The position numbers were made by a program, and so were the translations under genes. This document shows positions 31,811 through 41,811 of a DNA stretch of 64,000 bases, piece by piece. Source of the stretch: Abditibacteriaceae bacterium (GTDB lineage Bacteria > Armatimonadota > Abditibacteriia > Abditibacteriales > Abditibacteriaceae); the NCBI GenBank assembly GCA_965277285.1, contig OZ255721.1, positions 3,764,132 through 3,828,131 of the forward strand, in the 5' to 3' direction. Position 1 is the first letter of the stretch; each line of letters opens with the position of its first letter. The notes under the pieces are model-generated. The model made no database searches, was not told the origin of the DNA, and saw only the letters and a list, made by a program, of their open reading frames with translations.

Positions 31811-34800
31811 ATGTTTCAACCTTTTGAAGGCACACCAAATTATCCAGAACTGGAGCGTTCCGTTCTTCAATTGTGGGACGAGCAGGGCACTTTTGACAAG
31901 CTGCGCGCACAAACCGCGAACGGCGAGCCGTGGCGTTTTCAGGACGGGCCGATTACCGCTAACAATCCGATGGGCGTTCATCACGCTTGGGGACGCACGT
32001 ACAAAGACATTTTTCAGCGATTTTACGCGATGAACGGTCGCAAGTTGCGCTGGCAAAATGGTTTCGATTGTCAGGGTTTGTGGGTCGAAGTCGAAGTCGA
32101 AAAGGCGCTCGGTTTCAAGGGCAAGCCCGACATTTTAGCGTTTGGAATGGAGAACTTTTCGCGCGCCTGCCGCGAACGCGTCGAGAAGTTCGCTGATGTC
32201 ATTATCGGGCAATCGAAGCGTTTGGGTTTGTGGATGGATTGGGAACGCAGCTATTACACGTTCGACGATTCCAACATCGAGCACATCTGGTTGTTCCTGA
32301 AAAAGTGCCACGAAGAAGGCTGGCTGGCGCAAGATTATCGCGTCATGCCGTGGTGTCCGCGCTGCGAGACTTCTTTGAGCCAGCACGAAAGCGCCGACTC
32401 TTACAAAGACATCACGCACAAAAGTGTTTTTGTCAAGTTTCCGATAAAAATTAACGCTAATGTTCCAGGAAGGTGGAAAAACCTATTGCAGGGGGCTTTC
32501 TTTGCCGTTTGGACAACCACTCCTTGGACTTTAACTGCCAATACTGCTATCGCGATTAACCCGGAACTTGATTATGTATTAACTGAAGACGTAGATGGAG
32601 TGCGTCTTGTGCGTTCTGCTGGCTGTGGTTGGGTTGAAAAGGGCACTCCCTCGTATATTACGCCAACGGGCGGATTTGATAACGACAACTGGTCAGCGGA
32701 TGAACCATTCGCGTTCCATACTGTGCTCACAAATTCTTTCAAAGGTCAGGTTCTTCTTGATCTTGAATTGGGTTACGAAGGTCCGTTTGACGATTTGTCC
32801 GTCCAAAACAACATTCAGCGTCGTCTTGTGGCGTGGGACGAAGTAAGTGCCAATGAAGGAACTGGCATTGTTCACATCGCGCCGGGTTGCGGCGCTGAAG
32901 ACTTTGAATTGGGCAAGCGCGACCAATTGGGCTTCATCGTTCCGGTTAATCACGCGGCGCGTTTCGTTCATGGAACCGGCGTGCTGGAAGGTTTGCACGC
33001 GCTGGATGATGTGGACACCGTAATTGAGGAACTAACAAAACGCGGACGTTTTTATAAGCAACTGAGGTATAAACACTCGTATCCGCATTGCTGGCGCTGC
33101 TCGCACGAGCTGATTTTTAACGCCGTGCAGGAATGGTTCATCAAAGCCGATGCGGGCGAACGTCCGGCGCGCGAACGTTTGCGCACAGCCGCCAAGACCG
33201 TCGAATGGATTCCCGATTATGCGGGAAAGAATATGGATGCGTGGCTGCAAAACATGGGCGATTGGTGCATTTCGCGCAAGCGTTTCTGGGGTTTGCCGCT
33301 GCCGTTCTACCTCGACCGCGAAACTGGCGAAGTCGAAGTGATCGGCTCGCGCGCCGAATTGCGAGAACGCGCCGTTGATCCCGCGATGGTGGACGCTTTG
33401 CCGGAATTGCATCGCCCGTGGATTGACAGCATTGAAATTCGCTCGCGCGACGGACTTCGAGTACTCGAACGCGTTCCCGAAGTCGGCGACGCTTGGCTGG
33501 ACGCCGGAATCGTGCCGTTTTCAACTGTTGGCTACAACGGCGCAGCTGACTTACGAATGCTGAATGACGATACGTCGCAGGAAAAGACACGCGATTTCGA
33601 GCGTGTATTGCAGCAAGTCAATGCGCGCGCTTACGTTGAGTCATCACAAGAATACGACGAAGATTTCGATGCTGAAATTGATTCAATGCTCGGCTTGCTC
33701 CGTCCAGCGAATGCACCAAAAGCGAATGCACCAAATTGGCAACCTGCCGATTTTATCACGGAAATGCGCGAGCAGGTTCGTTTGTGGTTCTTTTCGATGC
33801 TGTTTATGAGCGTCGCGCTGGAAGACCGCGCGCCTTACAAAACCGCGATGGTTTATGAAACCATGCTCGACCAGGACGGCGAGCGGATTTCCAAGACCAA
33901 GAAAAACGGCGTGCCGTATGATGAAGCCGTGGAAACGGTCGGCGCCGATCCGATGCGCTGGACGTTTTGCTCGAATCCGCTGAACAAAGACATTCGTTTT
34001 GGCTACGCGCCGATTCACGAAAGCGCGCGCAAGTTGTTAACATTGTGGAACGTTTACGGCTTTTTCGTGAATTATGCGAATCTGGATAAGCCAGAACTTG
34101 CATCCGTACGGGCGAGGCATGCCTCGCCCGTACAACACGCGAACATTCTCGACCGCTGGATTTTGGCGCGTTTGCAAACCTTGATTGCCGATGTAACGAG
34201 CGCGATTGAAGGCGTGCGGCCTTCGGATGTAACGCGCAGCGTGGAAGAGTTTGTCGATGAATTGTCGAACTGGTACGTGCGTCGCAGCCGTCGCCGTTTC
34301 TGGAAGAAAAACGAAGCCGAAGGCGGCGATGACGACAAACTTTCCGCTTATCAAACTTTGCATCGAGTACTCGTTACCTTGACGCAACTCATCGCGCCGG
34401 TCATTCCCTTTACGGCGGAAACGATGTATCAAAACTTGAAAAGTCCGCTGAACGATGCGCCGGAAAGCGTCCATTTGTGTTCGTGGCCGCAAGTCGATGA
34501 ATCATTGAAAAATGACGAACTGATCCGCGAAGTCGAAGGCGTTTTGCAATGCGTCAGTTTGGGACACGCGGCGCGCAAAGAAAGCGGCGTCAAAGTGCGT
34601 CAGCCGTTATCGCGCGTGCTGATTCAAGCGCCATCAAACGAGGCGCGAACGTGGATTACGAACTGGCGCGAGACAATTTTGGACGAATTGAACGTTAAGG
34701 AAATCGAACTTTTGGACGACGCGGGTGCGCTTGTCGAGTACTCGTTAAAGGCGAATTTGCCGAAACTGGGTAAAAAGCTGGGCAAGCAAATGGGCGCGGC

Positions 34801-35302
34801 GCGACAAGCGTTTGAAGGCGCAAGTCTTGAAGACGCGCGACGCATCGGTGAAGCGGCGAAAAATGGCGAATCTTTCACATTGCGCATTGGCGACGAAGAG
34901 ATGACGTTTGCGCCAGACGAAGTTCTGGTGCAAACGCATCAAAAAGGCGGCTACAGTTTCGCGCAAGATAACGGCTGGGCAGTTGCGCTTGATACAACGT
35001 TGAATGAAGACTTGATTGAAGAAGGCTTGGCGCGCGACTTTGTGCGAGCGATTCAGCAGGCGCGCAAAGATTCCGGTCTGGAAATCAGCGACCGCATTGC
35101 GATTTTGCTGGTCGAACCGAGCAACGAAAGCGCCATGCCGCGCGTTTTTGAAAATTGGGGCGATTATATCCAAAGCGAAACGCTGGCCGATGAACTGCGT
35201 TTAGTTGCAGCAGATTATCCCGAACTTGGCGAGGCGAAAGTTGGCGAAGAAACGGTGCGTTTTCGCGTCGAGAAAATGCCAACCGGAGAGTTGACGTTTT
35301 GA
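31811..35302 (+). CDS. ileS: Isoleucine--tRNA ligase (type 2-like)
   Basis: DGPITAN, GFDCQG, WTTTPWTL, GTGIVHIAP, DWCISR; KMSKS replaced by RISKT. Confidence 0.95.
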   Translation: MFQPFEGTPNYPELERSVLQLWDEQGTFDKLRAQTANGEPWRFQDGPITANNPMGVHHAWGRTYKDIFQRFYAMNGRKLRWQNGFDCQGLWVEVEVEKALGFKGKPDILAFGMENFSRACRERVEKFADVIIGQSKRLGLWMDWERSYYTFDDSNIEHIWLFLKKCHEEGWLAQDYRVMPWCPRCETSLSQHESADSYKDITHKSVFVKFPIKINANVPGRWKNLLQGAFFAVWTTTPWTLTANTAIAINPELDYVLTEDVDGVRLVRSAGCGWVEKGTPSYITPTGGFDNDNWSADEPFAFHTVLTNSFKGQVLLDLELGYEGPFDDLSVQNNIQRRLVAWDEVSANEGTGIVHIAPGCGAEDFELGKRDQLGFIVPVNHAARFVHGTGVLEGLHALDDVDTVIEELTKRGRFYKQLRYKHSYPHCWRCSHELIFNAVQEWFIKADAGERPARERLRTAAKTVEWIPDYAGKNMDAWLQNMGDWCISRKRFWGLPLPFYLDRETGEVEVIGSRAELRERAVDPAMVDALPELHRPWIDSIEIRSRDGLRVLERVPEVGDAWLDAGIVPFSTVGYNGAADLRMLNDDTSQEKTRDFERVLQQVNARAYVESSQEYDEDFDAEIDSMLGLLRPANAPKANAPNWQPADFITEMREQVRLWFFSMLFMSVALEDRAPYKTAMVYETMLDQDGERISKTKKNGVPYDEAVETVGADPMRWTFCSNPLNKDIRFGYAPIHESARKLLTLWNVYGFFVNYANLDKPELASVRARHASPVQHANILDRWILARLQTLIADVTSAIEGVRPSDVTRSVEEFVDELSNWYVRRSRRRFWKKNEAEGGDDDKLSAYQTLHRVLVTLTQLIAPVIPFTAETMYQNLKSPLNDAPESVHLCSWPQVDESLKNDELIREVEGVLQCVSLGHAARKESGVKVRQPLSRVLIQAPSNEARTWITNWRETILDELNVKEIELLDDAGALVEYSLKANLPKLGKKLGKQMGAARQAFEGASLEDARRIGEAAKNGESFTLRIGDEEMTFAPDEVLVQTHQKGGYSFAQDNGWAVALDTTLNEDLIEEGLARDFVRAIQQARKDSGLEISDRIAILLVEPSNESAMPRVFENWGDYIQSETLADELRLVAADYPELGEAKVGEETVRFRVEKMPTGELTF
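34106..34133. repeat. Perfect 28-bp REP-like palindrome inside ileS
   Basis: GTACGGGCGAGGCATGCCTCGCCCGTAC, encodes VRARHASPV. Confidence 0.8.
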
Positions 35303-35303
35303 T

Positions 35304-35370
35304 GTAGGGGCTTGGCGTGCCAAGCCCTATGGTGCGCAATGTAATTGGGCTTGGCGCGCCAAGCCCCTAC
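35304..35370. repeat. GTAG-type REP doublet
   Basis: GTAGGGGCTTGGCGTGCCAAGCCC ... GGGCTTGGCGCGCCAAGCCCCTAC. Confidence 0.8.
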
Positions 35371-35374
35371 TAAA

Positions 35375-35923
35375 ATGAACACATCGAGTACTCGAATCGC
35401 GCAACGTCGCTTGCTGGGAATGACTTTTCTGGCGATTGTTGTTGTGTCGCTCGATCAAATGGCGAAAGCGTGGGTGCGCGCCAATATCGCGCTTGGTGGC
35501 GAGTTTCCGGTTTGGTCGGGCGTTGTGCATCTGACGTATATTCTCAATCGCGGCGCGGCGTGGAGTATGTTGTCCGGCCAGCGCTGGTTGCTCGTGTTTA
35601 TCACGGTGGCTGTGGTTGGTGCCATCATCGCGGCCTCGCGGCATTTAGTTGAACGCGGCGCACTCGGCGCGTGGAGCGTCGGGCTGATTTTGGGCGGCGC
35701 AGTTGGTAATCTGGTTGATCGCATTGGGCACGGCGCCGTCACCGACATGATCGATATGGACACGAGTTGGCATTGGATTCACGATTTTCCGGTGTTTAAC
35801 CTCGCCGATTCCGCGCTGACATTGGGCGTTTTCTTGTTGATTCTGCAATCGTTGCGCGGCGAGACAACCATTGCAAAAACGAGTGCCGCATCAGTTGAAG
35901 TTTCGGCGAATAGGACGATATGA
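35375..35923 (+). CDS. lspA: Lipoprotein signal peptidase
   Basis: DQMAK, NRGAAW, GGAVGNLVDR, VTD, FNLAD. Confidence 0.93.
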   Translation: MNTSSTRIAQRRLLGMTFLAIVVVSLDQMAKAWVRANIALGGEFPVWSGVVHLTYILNRGAAWSMLSGQRWLLVFITVAVVGAIIAASRHLVERGALGAWSVGLILGGAVGNLVDRIGHGAVTDMIDMDTSWHWIHDFPVFNLADSALTLGVFLLILQSLRGETTIAKTSAASVEVSANRTI

Positions 35924-35928
35924 CGCGG

Positions 35929-35992
35929 CGGGCAACCACAAGGGTTGCTCCTACGATTGCGCCGATGTAGGGGCAACCCTTGTGGTTGCCCG
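35929..35992. repeat. GTAG-type REP doublet matching the REPs flanking the RAYT gene
   Basis: CGGGCAACCACAAGGGTTGCTCCTAC ... GTAGGGGCAACCCTTGTGGTTGCCCG. Confidence 0.88.
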
Positions 35993-36034
35993 TTGTTGGA
36001 TTGTCTTCCTCTGCCATATTGTCTCAAGGTTTTT

Positions 36035-37054
36035 ATGCGACCCATTCTTTTCATTCTTCCCCAATTATCGCGCGGCGCGTTGTGGCCTTTGATGACCGCG
36101 ACGATTGCTTTCGCGTTGTTCTTCGCGTGGCGCACGACGCAGTTTTCTGCCGCGACCTCAAATGCTTCATCGAGTACTCGAAATGTCGCTGCGTCCGACG
36201 AAGCTTCCAATGCGCTGCTGGCGCCGCTGGGAATGGGCGTTTTGATAGCGAGTTTTCTGTGGATTTGGAGCCGCAACGCGATCACGCTGCACTCTTACGG
36301 TTTGATGCTCGTCATCGGTTTTGGCGTGGCGACGTGGTTGTCCTGCAAAGAAGCGACGCGGCGTGGTATCAATCCCAACATCATTCTCGATTTGGCGTTG
36401 CCGCTTTTGTTCGTCAGCGTGCTGTTTTGTCGCATTCTTTACATTTTGCTCAACCACAATCAGTTTCATTCCGTGGGCGCGATGGTGCGCATTTGGGACG
36501 GCGGCTTGAGTTTTCATGGAAGCCTGGTCGCGGCGCCGCTTGTCGTCTGGTATTATGCGCGAAAGAACAATCTGGGGTTTGGACAATTGACCGATTGCAT
36601 TGCCAGCACCGCCTTTATCGGTTATTCGATTGGGCGCATCGGTTGTCTTTTGAACGGTTGTTGTTACGGTGGCGTGTGCGATTTGCCGTGGGCGATGCGT
36701 TTTCCCGACGAACACAACCGCGCGATTTTGACGCCGCCATCGCACCCAGCGCAATTGTATTCCAGCTTTATGGCGCTGGGATTGTTCTTCCTGATGCAGC
36801 GCTTGAAAGATAAGCCGCAATGGAATCGCTTTTCCGGCCAGTTGACGCTGTTGTTCTTTGCTTTCTATGCGGTCGAGCGTTTCGTGATGGAAATCTTCCG
36901 CAACGGAGCGACAGCGAACCCGATCTTCGGCATTCCGTGGCTGACGCAAGCGCAATTCGCTTCGATTTTGGGCTTGATCGCTATCGCCGCGTTGTGGTCG
37001 TTTCTTTCGCGTCGCCCGAACTCGAATCATCAATCGCTTACTACAGCTCACTAA
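36035..37054 (+). CDS. lgt: Prolipoprotein diacylglyceryl transferase
   Basis: YGLM, IWDGGLSFHG, GRIGCLLNGCCYG, HPAQLY. Confidence 0.92.
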   Translation: MRPILFILPQLSRGALWPLMTATIAFALFFAWRTTQFSAATSNASSSTRNVAASDEASNALLAPLGMGVLIASFLWIWSRNAITLHSYGLMLVIGFGVATWLSCKEATRRGINPNIILDLALPLLFVSVLFCRILYILLNHNQFHSVGAMVRIWDGGLSFHGSLVAAPLVVWYYARKNNLGFGQLTDCIASTAFIGYSIGRIGCLLNGCCYGGVCDLPWAMRFPDEHNRAILTPPSHPAQLYSSFMALGLFFLMQRLKDKPQWNRFSGQLTLLFFAFYAVERFVMEIFRNGATANPIFGIPWLTQAQFASILGLIAIAALWSFLSRRPNSNHQSLTTAH

Positions 37055-37057
37055 TTT

Positions 37058-37696
37058 ATGTTTCCGCCAGTTGAAAGCGCCGATGAAGACGGACTGCTCG
37101 CCATCGGCGGCGATTTGTCGGTCGCAACGTTGACAACGGCTTATCACAGCGGCATTTTTCCGTGGCCGATTGAAGATTGTCCGACGTTGTGGTTCGCGCC
37201 GCCCGAACGTTGCGTTCTTTTTTTGGACGAATTTCACATCCCGAAACGCTTGCGACGCGACTTGAAAAACAGCGCTTTCGAGTACTCGATTGACCGCGCT
37301 TTCGCCTCGGTTATCCAGAGCTGCGCCGCACCACGCGCTTACGAAGAACGAACCTGGATTCTGCCGCAAATGCAGCGCGCTTATTGTCGCTTGCACAACG
37401 CCGGACACGCGCATAGCATCGAAGTTTGGCAAAATGGCGAACTTGTCGGTGGGCTTTACGGCGTTTCGTGGAACGGCTATTTTTGCGGCGAATCAATGTT
37501 CCATCGCGTTACCAATGCGTCCAAAGCGGCCTTGATATCTTTGGTCGGACATTTGCGCAAGTGCGGCGCGACCTGGCTCGATGTTCAAATGCCGACACCT
37601 TTATTTGAAAGTTTCGGCGCCCGTTCTGTTCCACGCGACGAGTTTGTGACGTTGTTAAATGAGGCGTTAACACAAGACTTTTCTCTTTTCGCATGA
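37058..37696 (+). CDS. aat: Leucyl/phenylalanyl-tRNA--protein transferase
   Basis: GLLAIGGDL, GIFPW, TWI, HSIEVW, GGLYG, GESMF. Confidence 0.95.
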   Translation: MFPPVESADEDGLLAIGGDLSVATLTTAYHSGIFPWPIEDCPTLWFAPPERCVLFLDEFHIPKRLRRDLKNSAFEYSIDRAFASVIQSCAAPRAYEERTWILPQMQRAYCRLHNAGHAHSIEVWQNGELVGGLYGVSWNGYFCGESMFHRVTNASKAALISLVGHLRKCGATWLDVQMPTPLFESFGARSVPRDEFVTLLNEALTQDFSLFA

Positions 37697-38253
37697 CACA
37701 TGAATTACAGTTTCGCGTGGCCAGAACGAGCGACATTGACGGCGTTCTGGAACTTCAAAACGCCAATTTGTATGCGCATCTGGCCGCCGAAGAACGCAGT
37801 GGCGGGTTTGTGACAACGCCGTTTTCGAGCGAGCAATTGCAATTATGGATGAGCGAGAACGGCGCTTTCATCGCGGAAAATGCGAGCGGTCTCGTCGCCT
37901 ACGCGCTGGCTGGAAGTTGGAATCTTTACGCGCAATGGCCAATTTTTCCGTTTATGATCGCGCGTTTGGAACGAGAAATCTGGCGCGGAAAATCTTTGCG
38001 ATCAAGTGAAACGTTTCAATACGGGCCGGTTTGCATCGCGCGCGAATGGCGTGGAAAAGATATTTTGCCGCGCCTGTTCACAGTTTTGAAGGAAAATTTC
38101 GCGCCACGTTTCGCTGTCGGATTGAGCTTTATTAACCAGCAAAACGTGCGTTCTCTGGCGGCGCATCGCAAATTGGGAATGGAAATCGTCGATGAATTCG
38201 CATTCAACGAACGTCTTTATTTCACGCTGGCTTTTGAGACAAGCGACGCTTAA
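37693..38253 (+). CDS. GNAT family acetyltransferase
   Basis: GFVT, YGPVCI, N.RSLAAH. Confidence 0.75.
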   Translation: MTHELQFRVARTSDIDGVLELQNANLYAHLAAEERSGGFVTTPFSSEQLQLWMSENGAFIAENASGLVAYALAGSWNLYAQWPIFPFMIARLEREIWRGKSLRSSETFQYGPVCIAREWRGKDILPRLFTVLKENFAPRFAVGLSFINQQNVRSLAAHRKLGMEIVDEFAFNERLYFTLAFETSDA

Positions 38254-38278
38254 ATGCGTTATCGAGTACTCGAATCGT

Positions 38279-39088
38279 ATGACTTTCAACCTTCCGCCGA
38301 AAAGCAAAATCACGCGACGACGCAAAATTGTGCGCGGCGCTTTGTGGATGGCGAGCGCGTGGCTGCTGGCGATGGGCTTGCGCGCGGCGTTAATTGTATT
38401 TCACGGCGTTCGTATCGCGCGACAAAGCGCCACTTTTCCGCGCGATTATTTTGTCGGCGAAGCGCAAAATCGTCTTTATACGGTTCTGGTATTTGGCGAC
38501 AGCACAGCGGCGGGTTGGGGCGCAGAGAATGTGAAGGGAACTTTCGCTTACAAAATCGCCGAAGCGATTGCAGCGCGTAATTTTCGCGTGCGCGTCGTCA
38601 GTGTTGCGGTTGGCGGCGCGCGCTTGAAAGATGTGCTGAACCATCAAATTGGCAGTCTGAAAAGCGTGCAGCCGCAGCTTGTCGTGGTCAGCATCGGCGC
38701 GAACGATGCGACACATGGCACCAGCGAAATCGAGTACTCGAATGGCTTAAAAACGTTGTTTTCGCGGCTGCAAAAGTGTTCGGCGCAAACTCTTCTGGTC
38801 GCTAACACGCCCGATTTGTCGCGTGATCCGGCTTTGCCGTGGCTTTTTGCGCGCGTTTCCAACAAGCGTGCGCAACGCCAGAACCAACAATTAAATGCGG
38901 TTTTGCCAACTGTGAACGAGCAGGGCACGCCCATCAATGTTATTGATTTATACAACGACGGCAAATTGGTGCATCGCCGCGACGACGATCAATACGCTGA
39001 AGATTTATTTCATCCTTCGGCGTCTGGCTATGAAGTGTGGGCGCAGCTTTTTATAGCACAGTGGGGGAAGTCGCGCGGTTTGCGGTGA
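38279..39088 (+). CDS. SGNH/GDSL hydrolase
   Basis: GDS, GAND, DLFHP blocks. Confidence 0.88.
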   Translation: MTFNLPPKSKITRRRKIVRGALWMASAWLLAMGLRAALIVFHGVRIARQSATFPRDYFVGEAQNRLYTVLVFGDSTAAGWGAENVKGTFAYKIAEAIAARNFRVRVVSVAVGGARLKDVLNHQIGSLKSVQPQLVVVSIGANDATHGTSEIEYSNGLKTLFSRLQKCSAQTLLVANTPDLSRDPALPWLFARVSNKRAQRQNQQLNAVLPTVNEQGTPINVIDLYNDGKLVHRRDDDQYAEDLFHPSASGYEVWAQLFIAQWGKSRGLR

Positions 39089-39221
39089 AAGTTCCTTTCC
39101 TAAACCCCATCCCCGGCCTTTCCCCTTAAACAAAGGGACGGGAGACTGCAGTTCTTTGCAAGGGAATGAGAATAGTTGCAGGAACTGAATTTTCGGAAGG
39201 AACGAGGCCTTGCAGTTCTTA

Positions 39222-39392
39222 GACGCTGTTTTGGAAGTCAGAAAAAGCTGCTGCAAAGACAAGAAAGTATAAGTTTGTTATTCTGAGCAAAGCGAAGAAT
39301 CTAACATTACGCCAGATTCTTCGCTTCGCTCAGAATGACAAACCCACAGTCTCGAGCGTTTTTGCACCTTTTTCGGCTTCCGAAACAGCGTC
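39222..39392. mobile_element. Putative 171-bp MITE with terminal inverted repeats and TTA duplication, enclosing a family C hairpin
   Basis: TTA|GACGCTGTTTTGGAAG ... CTTCCGAAACAGCGTC|TTA. Confidence 0.6.
39273..39343. repeat. Palindromic element, family C (GTCATTCTGAG..GAAGAATCT)
   Basis: Related copies at 45431-45492 and 47812-47876. Confidence 0.8.
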
Positions 39393-39407
39393 TTAGCAAG
39401 TTCATTT

Positions 39408-40187
39408 CTATCGATAAGTGTTGCGCCACGCGACAATGCCTTGCGCCAAGGCGTTCGCCATTTTCTTTTGTCCCGCAGCCGAGCCGATAAAACGCGCGTC
39501 GCTGCGTTTGTTGATGAAGCACATTTCGATGAGTGCGGTCGGCACGCGCGCGAAAATGCTTCCTGTCAAAACGCCGCCCTGATTGCCGCCAACGCCCGTC
39601 GCCGCATCAGTTTTAATCGGATTTGGCGCGAGACTTCCTCGCAAAAGTGGAATCATCGCGCCGTTCATGGTTTGAGCGGCGGCACGACTAAGGATTTGCA
39701 CATCGCGCGGCGGGCCATAAACGCCATATTTGCGCGCGGCGCGGTCGGGATAATACCAGGTGAAACCGCGACCGCCACCTTCATCGCAGTGCAATCGAAT
39801 AAAAATCGCGCACGGTACGCCATATTGATTCGCGCCATTGGCGATTTCGGCGCGCCGCATATTCGTCACGCGTTGATGCAGGCTTGCTTTGGTCATCACC
39901 CACGGAATGCGCAAATCGTTCAAGCGACTGGCCAAACGTTGCGCGACCTGCCAGTTCAAGGTGTTTTCGACCAAGCCATTCGCCGCCGCGCCTTCGGAAG
40001 TTTCGCTGGGATGCCCGGGATCGATGCAAACTAAAAATGGTCGCGCATCGTTGCCTGGCACGACTTCGTTGCGACGCACTTCGCGTTGCGCACTTTGACG
40101 TTGCGAACGCTTCGCTTCCGCAGTTTGAGTACTCGATGCACAAAAAACCGCGCCAAGCACGGCGCAAACAGGGATAATCTTTTTCAT
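39408..40187 (-). CDS. N-acetylmuramoyl-L-alanine amidase (Amidase_3)
   Basis: Signal peptide, IDPGH, conserved E, RLHCD, ALIEMCF. Confidence 0.85.
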   Translation of the reverse strand: MKKIIPVCAVLGAVFCASSTQTAEAKRSQRQSAQREVRRNEVVPGNDARPFLVCIDPGHPSETSEGAAANGLVENTLNWQVAQRLASRLNDLRIPWVMTKASLHQRVTNMRRAEIANGANQYGVPCAIFIRLHCDEGGGRGFTWYYPDRAARKYGVYGPPRDVQILSRAAAQTMNGAMIPLLRGSLAPNPIKTDAATGVGGNQGGVLTGSIFARVPTALIEMCFINKRSDARFIGSAAGQKKMANALAQGIVAWRNTYR

Positions 40188-41148
40188 GCCCGAAAGTGTA
40201 ACGCACGAATGGATCGTTGAAACCAATAACGCCAATCAAAGACTGGACGTTTTCCTCGCCGCGCAACTTCACGTTTCTCGCGGTCGCGCCCAAAAGATGG
40301 TCGAAACTGCAACCGTCAACGACGCGCCCGCCAAAGCCTCGCAAACCTTGAAAGTCGGAGATAAAATAGCCGTAACAGAAATTGACGTGCCTCCCGAACT
40401 CATTCTTCATCCTTCATCCTTGATCCCTTCTGTCCTGCCGCCAATTCTTTATGAAGACGACGACGTGATCGTTTTGAATAAGACGCGCGACCTCGTGGTT
40501 CACAAAGGCGCGGGCGAAAATGGCGCGACTTTGGTGGACGTTTTGCGCGCGTACGGGCGAACTTTGTCGAACGTCGGGCCAGCCGAGCGTAACGGCATCG
40601 TACATCGTTTGGACAAAGACACGACCGGCGTCATTGTGGTTTGCAAAACCGACGCGGCGCACTGGAAATTGGCGGACGATTTCGCCGAACGTCGCGTGCA
40701 GAAGAATTATTTGGCGCTGGTTTGTAGCGTTCCGCCCAAGCTGGGACGAGTGGAAGCGCCGATTGCGCGTTCAGTGCGCGACCGCAAGAAAATGGCGGTC
40801 GCGCATGATGGCAAACCTGCCATTACCGAGTACTCGATTGTGCAAAGTTGGCAAAAATTCGCGCTACTCGATGTCAATTTATTGACTGGAAGAACACACC
40901 AGATTCGCGTGCATCTGAGTTACATCAACCATCCCGTTGTCGGCGATGCAACTTACGCCGGAGCCAAACGCGCGCTGGAAATGGCGCAAACCGAAGACGT
41001 TCGGGTTGCAATTTCTCAACTGAAAGGTCAGGCGCTGCACGCCGCGAAGTTGCAATTTACGCATCCGATCAGCGGCGAAACGATGACGTTTGAAGCGCCG
41101 TTGCCGGAAGACTTTGGGCGAGTAATTAAAGCGTTGAATTTCTTGTGA
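40186..41148 (+). CDS. rluD: RluA/RluD family pseudouridine synthase with S4 domain
   Basis: RLDVFL, GIVHRLDKDTTG, TGRTHQIRVH, QALHA. Confidence 0.92.
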   Translation: MPESVTHEWIVETNNANQRLDVFLAAQLHVSRGRAQKMVETATVNDAPAKASQTLKVGDKIAVTEIDVPPELILHPSSLIPSVLPPILYEDDDVIVLNKTRDLVVHKGAGENGATLVDVLRAYGRTLSNVGPAERNGIVHRLDKDTTGVIVVCKTDAAHWKLADDFAERRVQKNYLALVCSVPPKLGRVEAPIARSVRDRKKMAVAHDGKPAITEYSIVQSWQKFALLDVNLLTGRTHQIRVHLSYINHPVVGDATYAGAKRALEMAQTEDVRVAISQLKGQALHAAKLQFTHPISGETMTFEAPLPEDFGRVIKALNFL

Positions 41149-41167
41149 TGGGTGGTTATCGACAACA

Positions 41168-41230
41168 GGGCTACCACAAGGGTTGCCCCTGCGATTGCGC
41201 CGACGTAGGGGCAACCCTTGTGGTTGCCCG
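41168..41230. repeat. REP doublet upstream of RAYT
   Basis: GGGCTACCACAAGGGTTGCCCCTGC ... GTAGGGGCAACCCTTGTGGTTGCCCG. Confidence 0.88.
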
Positions 41231-41289
41231 TTTCATCGTTTGCCCGTTTTGCATCCTGCGCTCGCCTTAGATGTAGATAAGAGGTTGCA

Positions 41290-41811
41290 ATGAATAATTC
41301 ACGACATCGACGTTCTATCAGGCGGCATGGCTACGACTATGCGCAAGACGGCATCTATTTTGTGACTATCTGCATCGAGAAGCGGCTGTCGTTGCTTGGA
41401 GAGTTTGCGGACGAACAATTGCGGTTAAACAAATGTGGAGAAATGGTAGAAACTTTATGGCTGGCGTTGCCATCGCGTTTTCCTCGCATCGCATTGGACG
41501 AGTATGTCGTCATGCCAAACCACTTTCATGGAGTTGTCGTTTTTCACGCGCCAACAATCACAAACGGGGCAACCACAAAGGTTGTCCCTACTATTGGCGA
41601 TGTCGTGGGCGCGTGGAAATCACTGACGACCAATGCCTACATACAAGGTGTTGAAGATTTTGGATGGCCAAATTTTCCAAAGCGTTTGTGGCAACGAAAT
41701 TATTATGAACACATTATACGCAGCGAGCGCGACCTTGACGCAATCCGCGAGTACATCCGTCTGAACCCGACGTGTTGGGAAAAAGACGCAGAAAATCCAC
41801 AACATACGTAG
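41290..41811 (+). mobile_element. REP-associated tyrosine transposase (RAYT/TnpA-REP, HUH Y1)
   Basis: RRSIR..YDY..YFVTIC, VVMPNHFHG (HUH), WQRNYYEHIIR, YI..NP..W; flanked by REPs. Confidence 0.92.

Noticed and set aside
33530..33745. Intein in ileS
   Set aside because: Too short and lacks the N-terminal C/S and C-terminal HN splice motifs.
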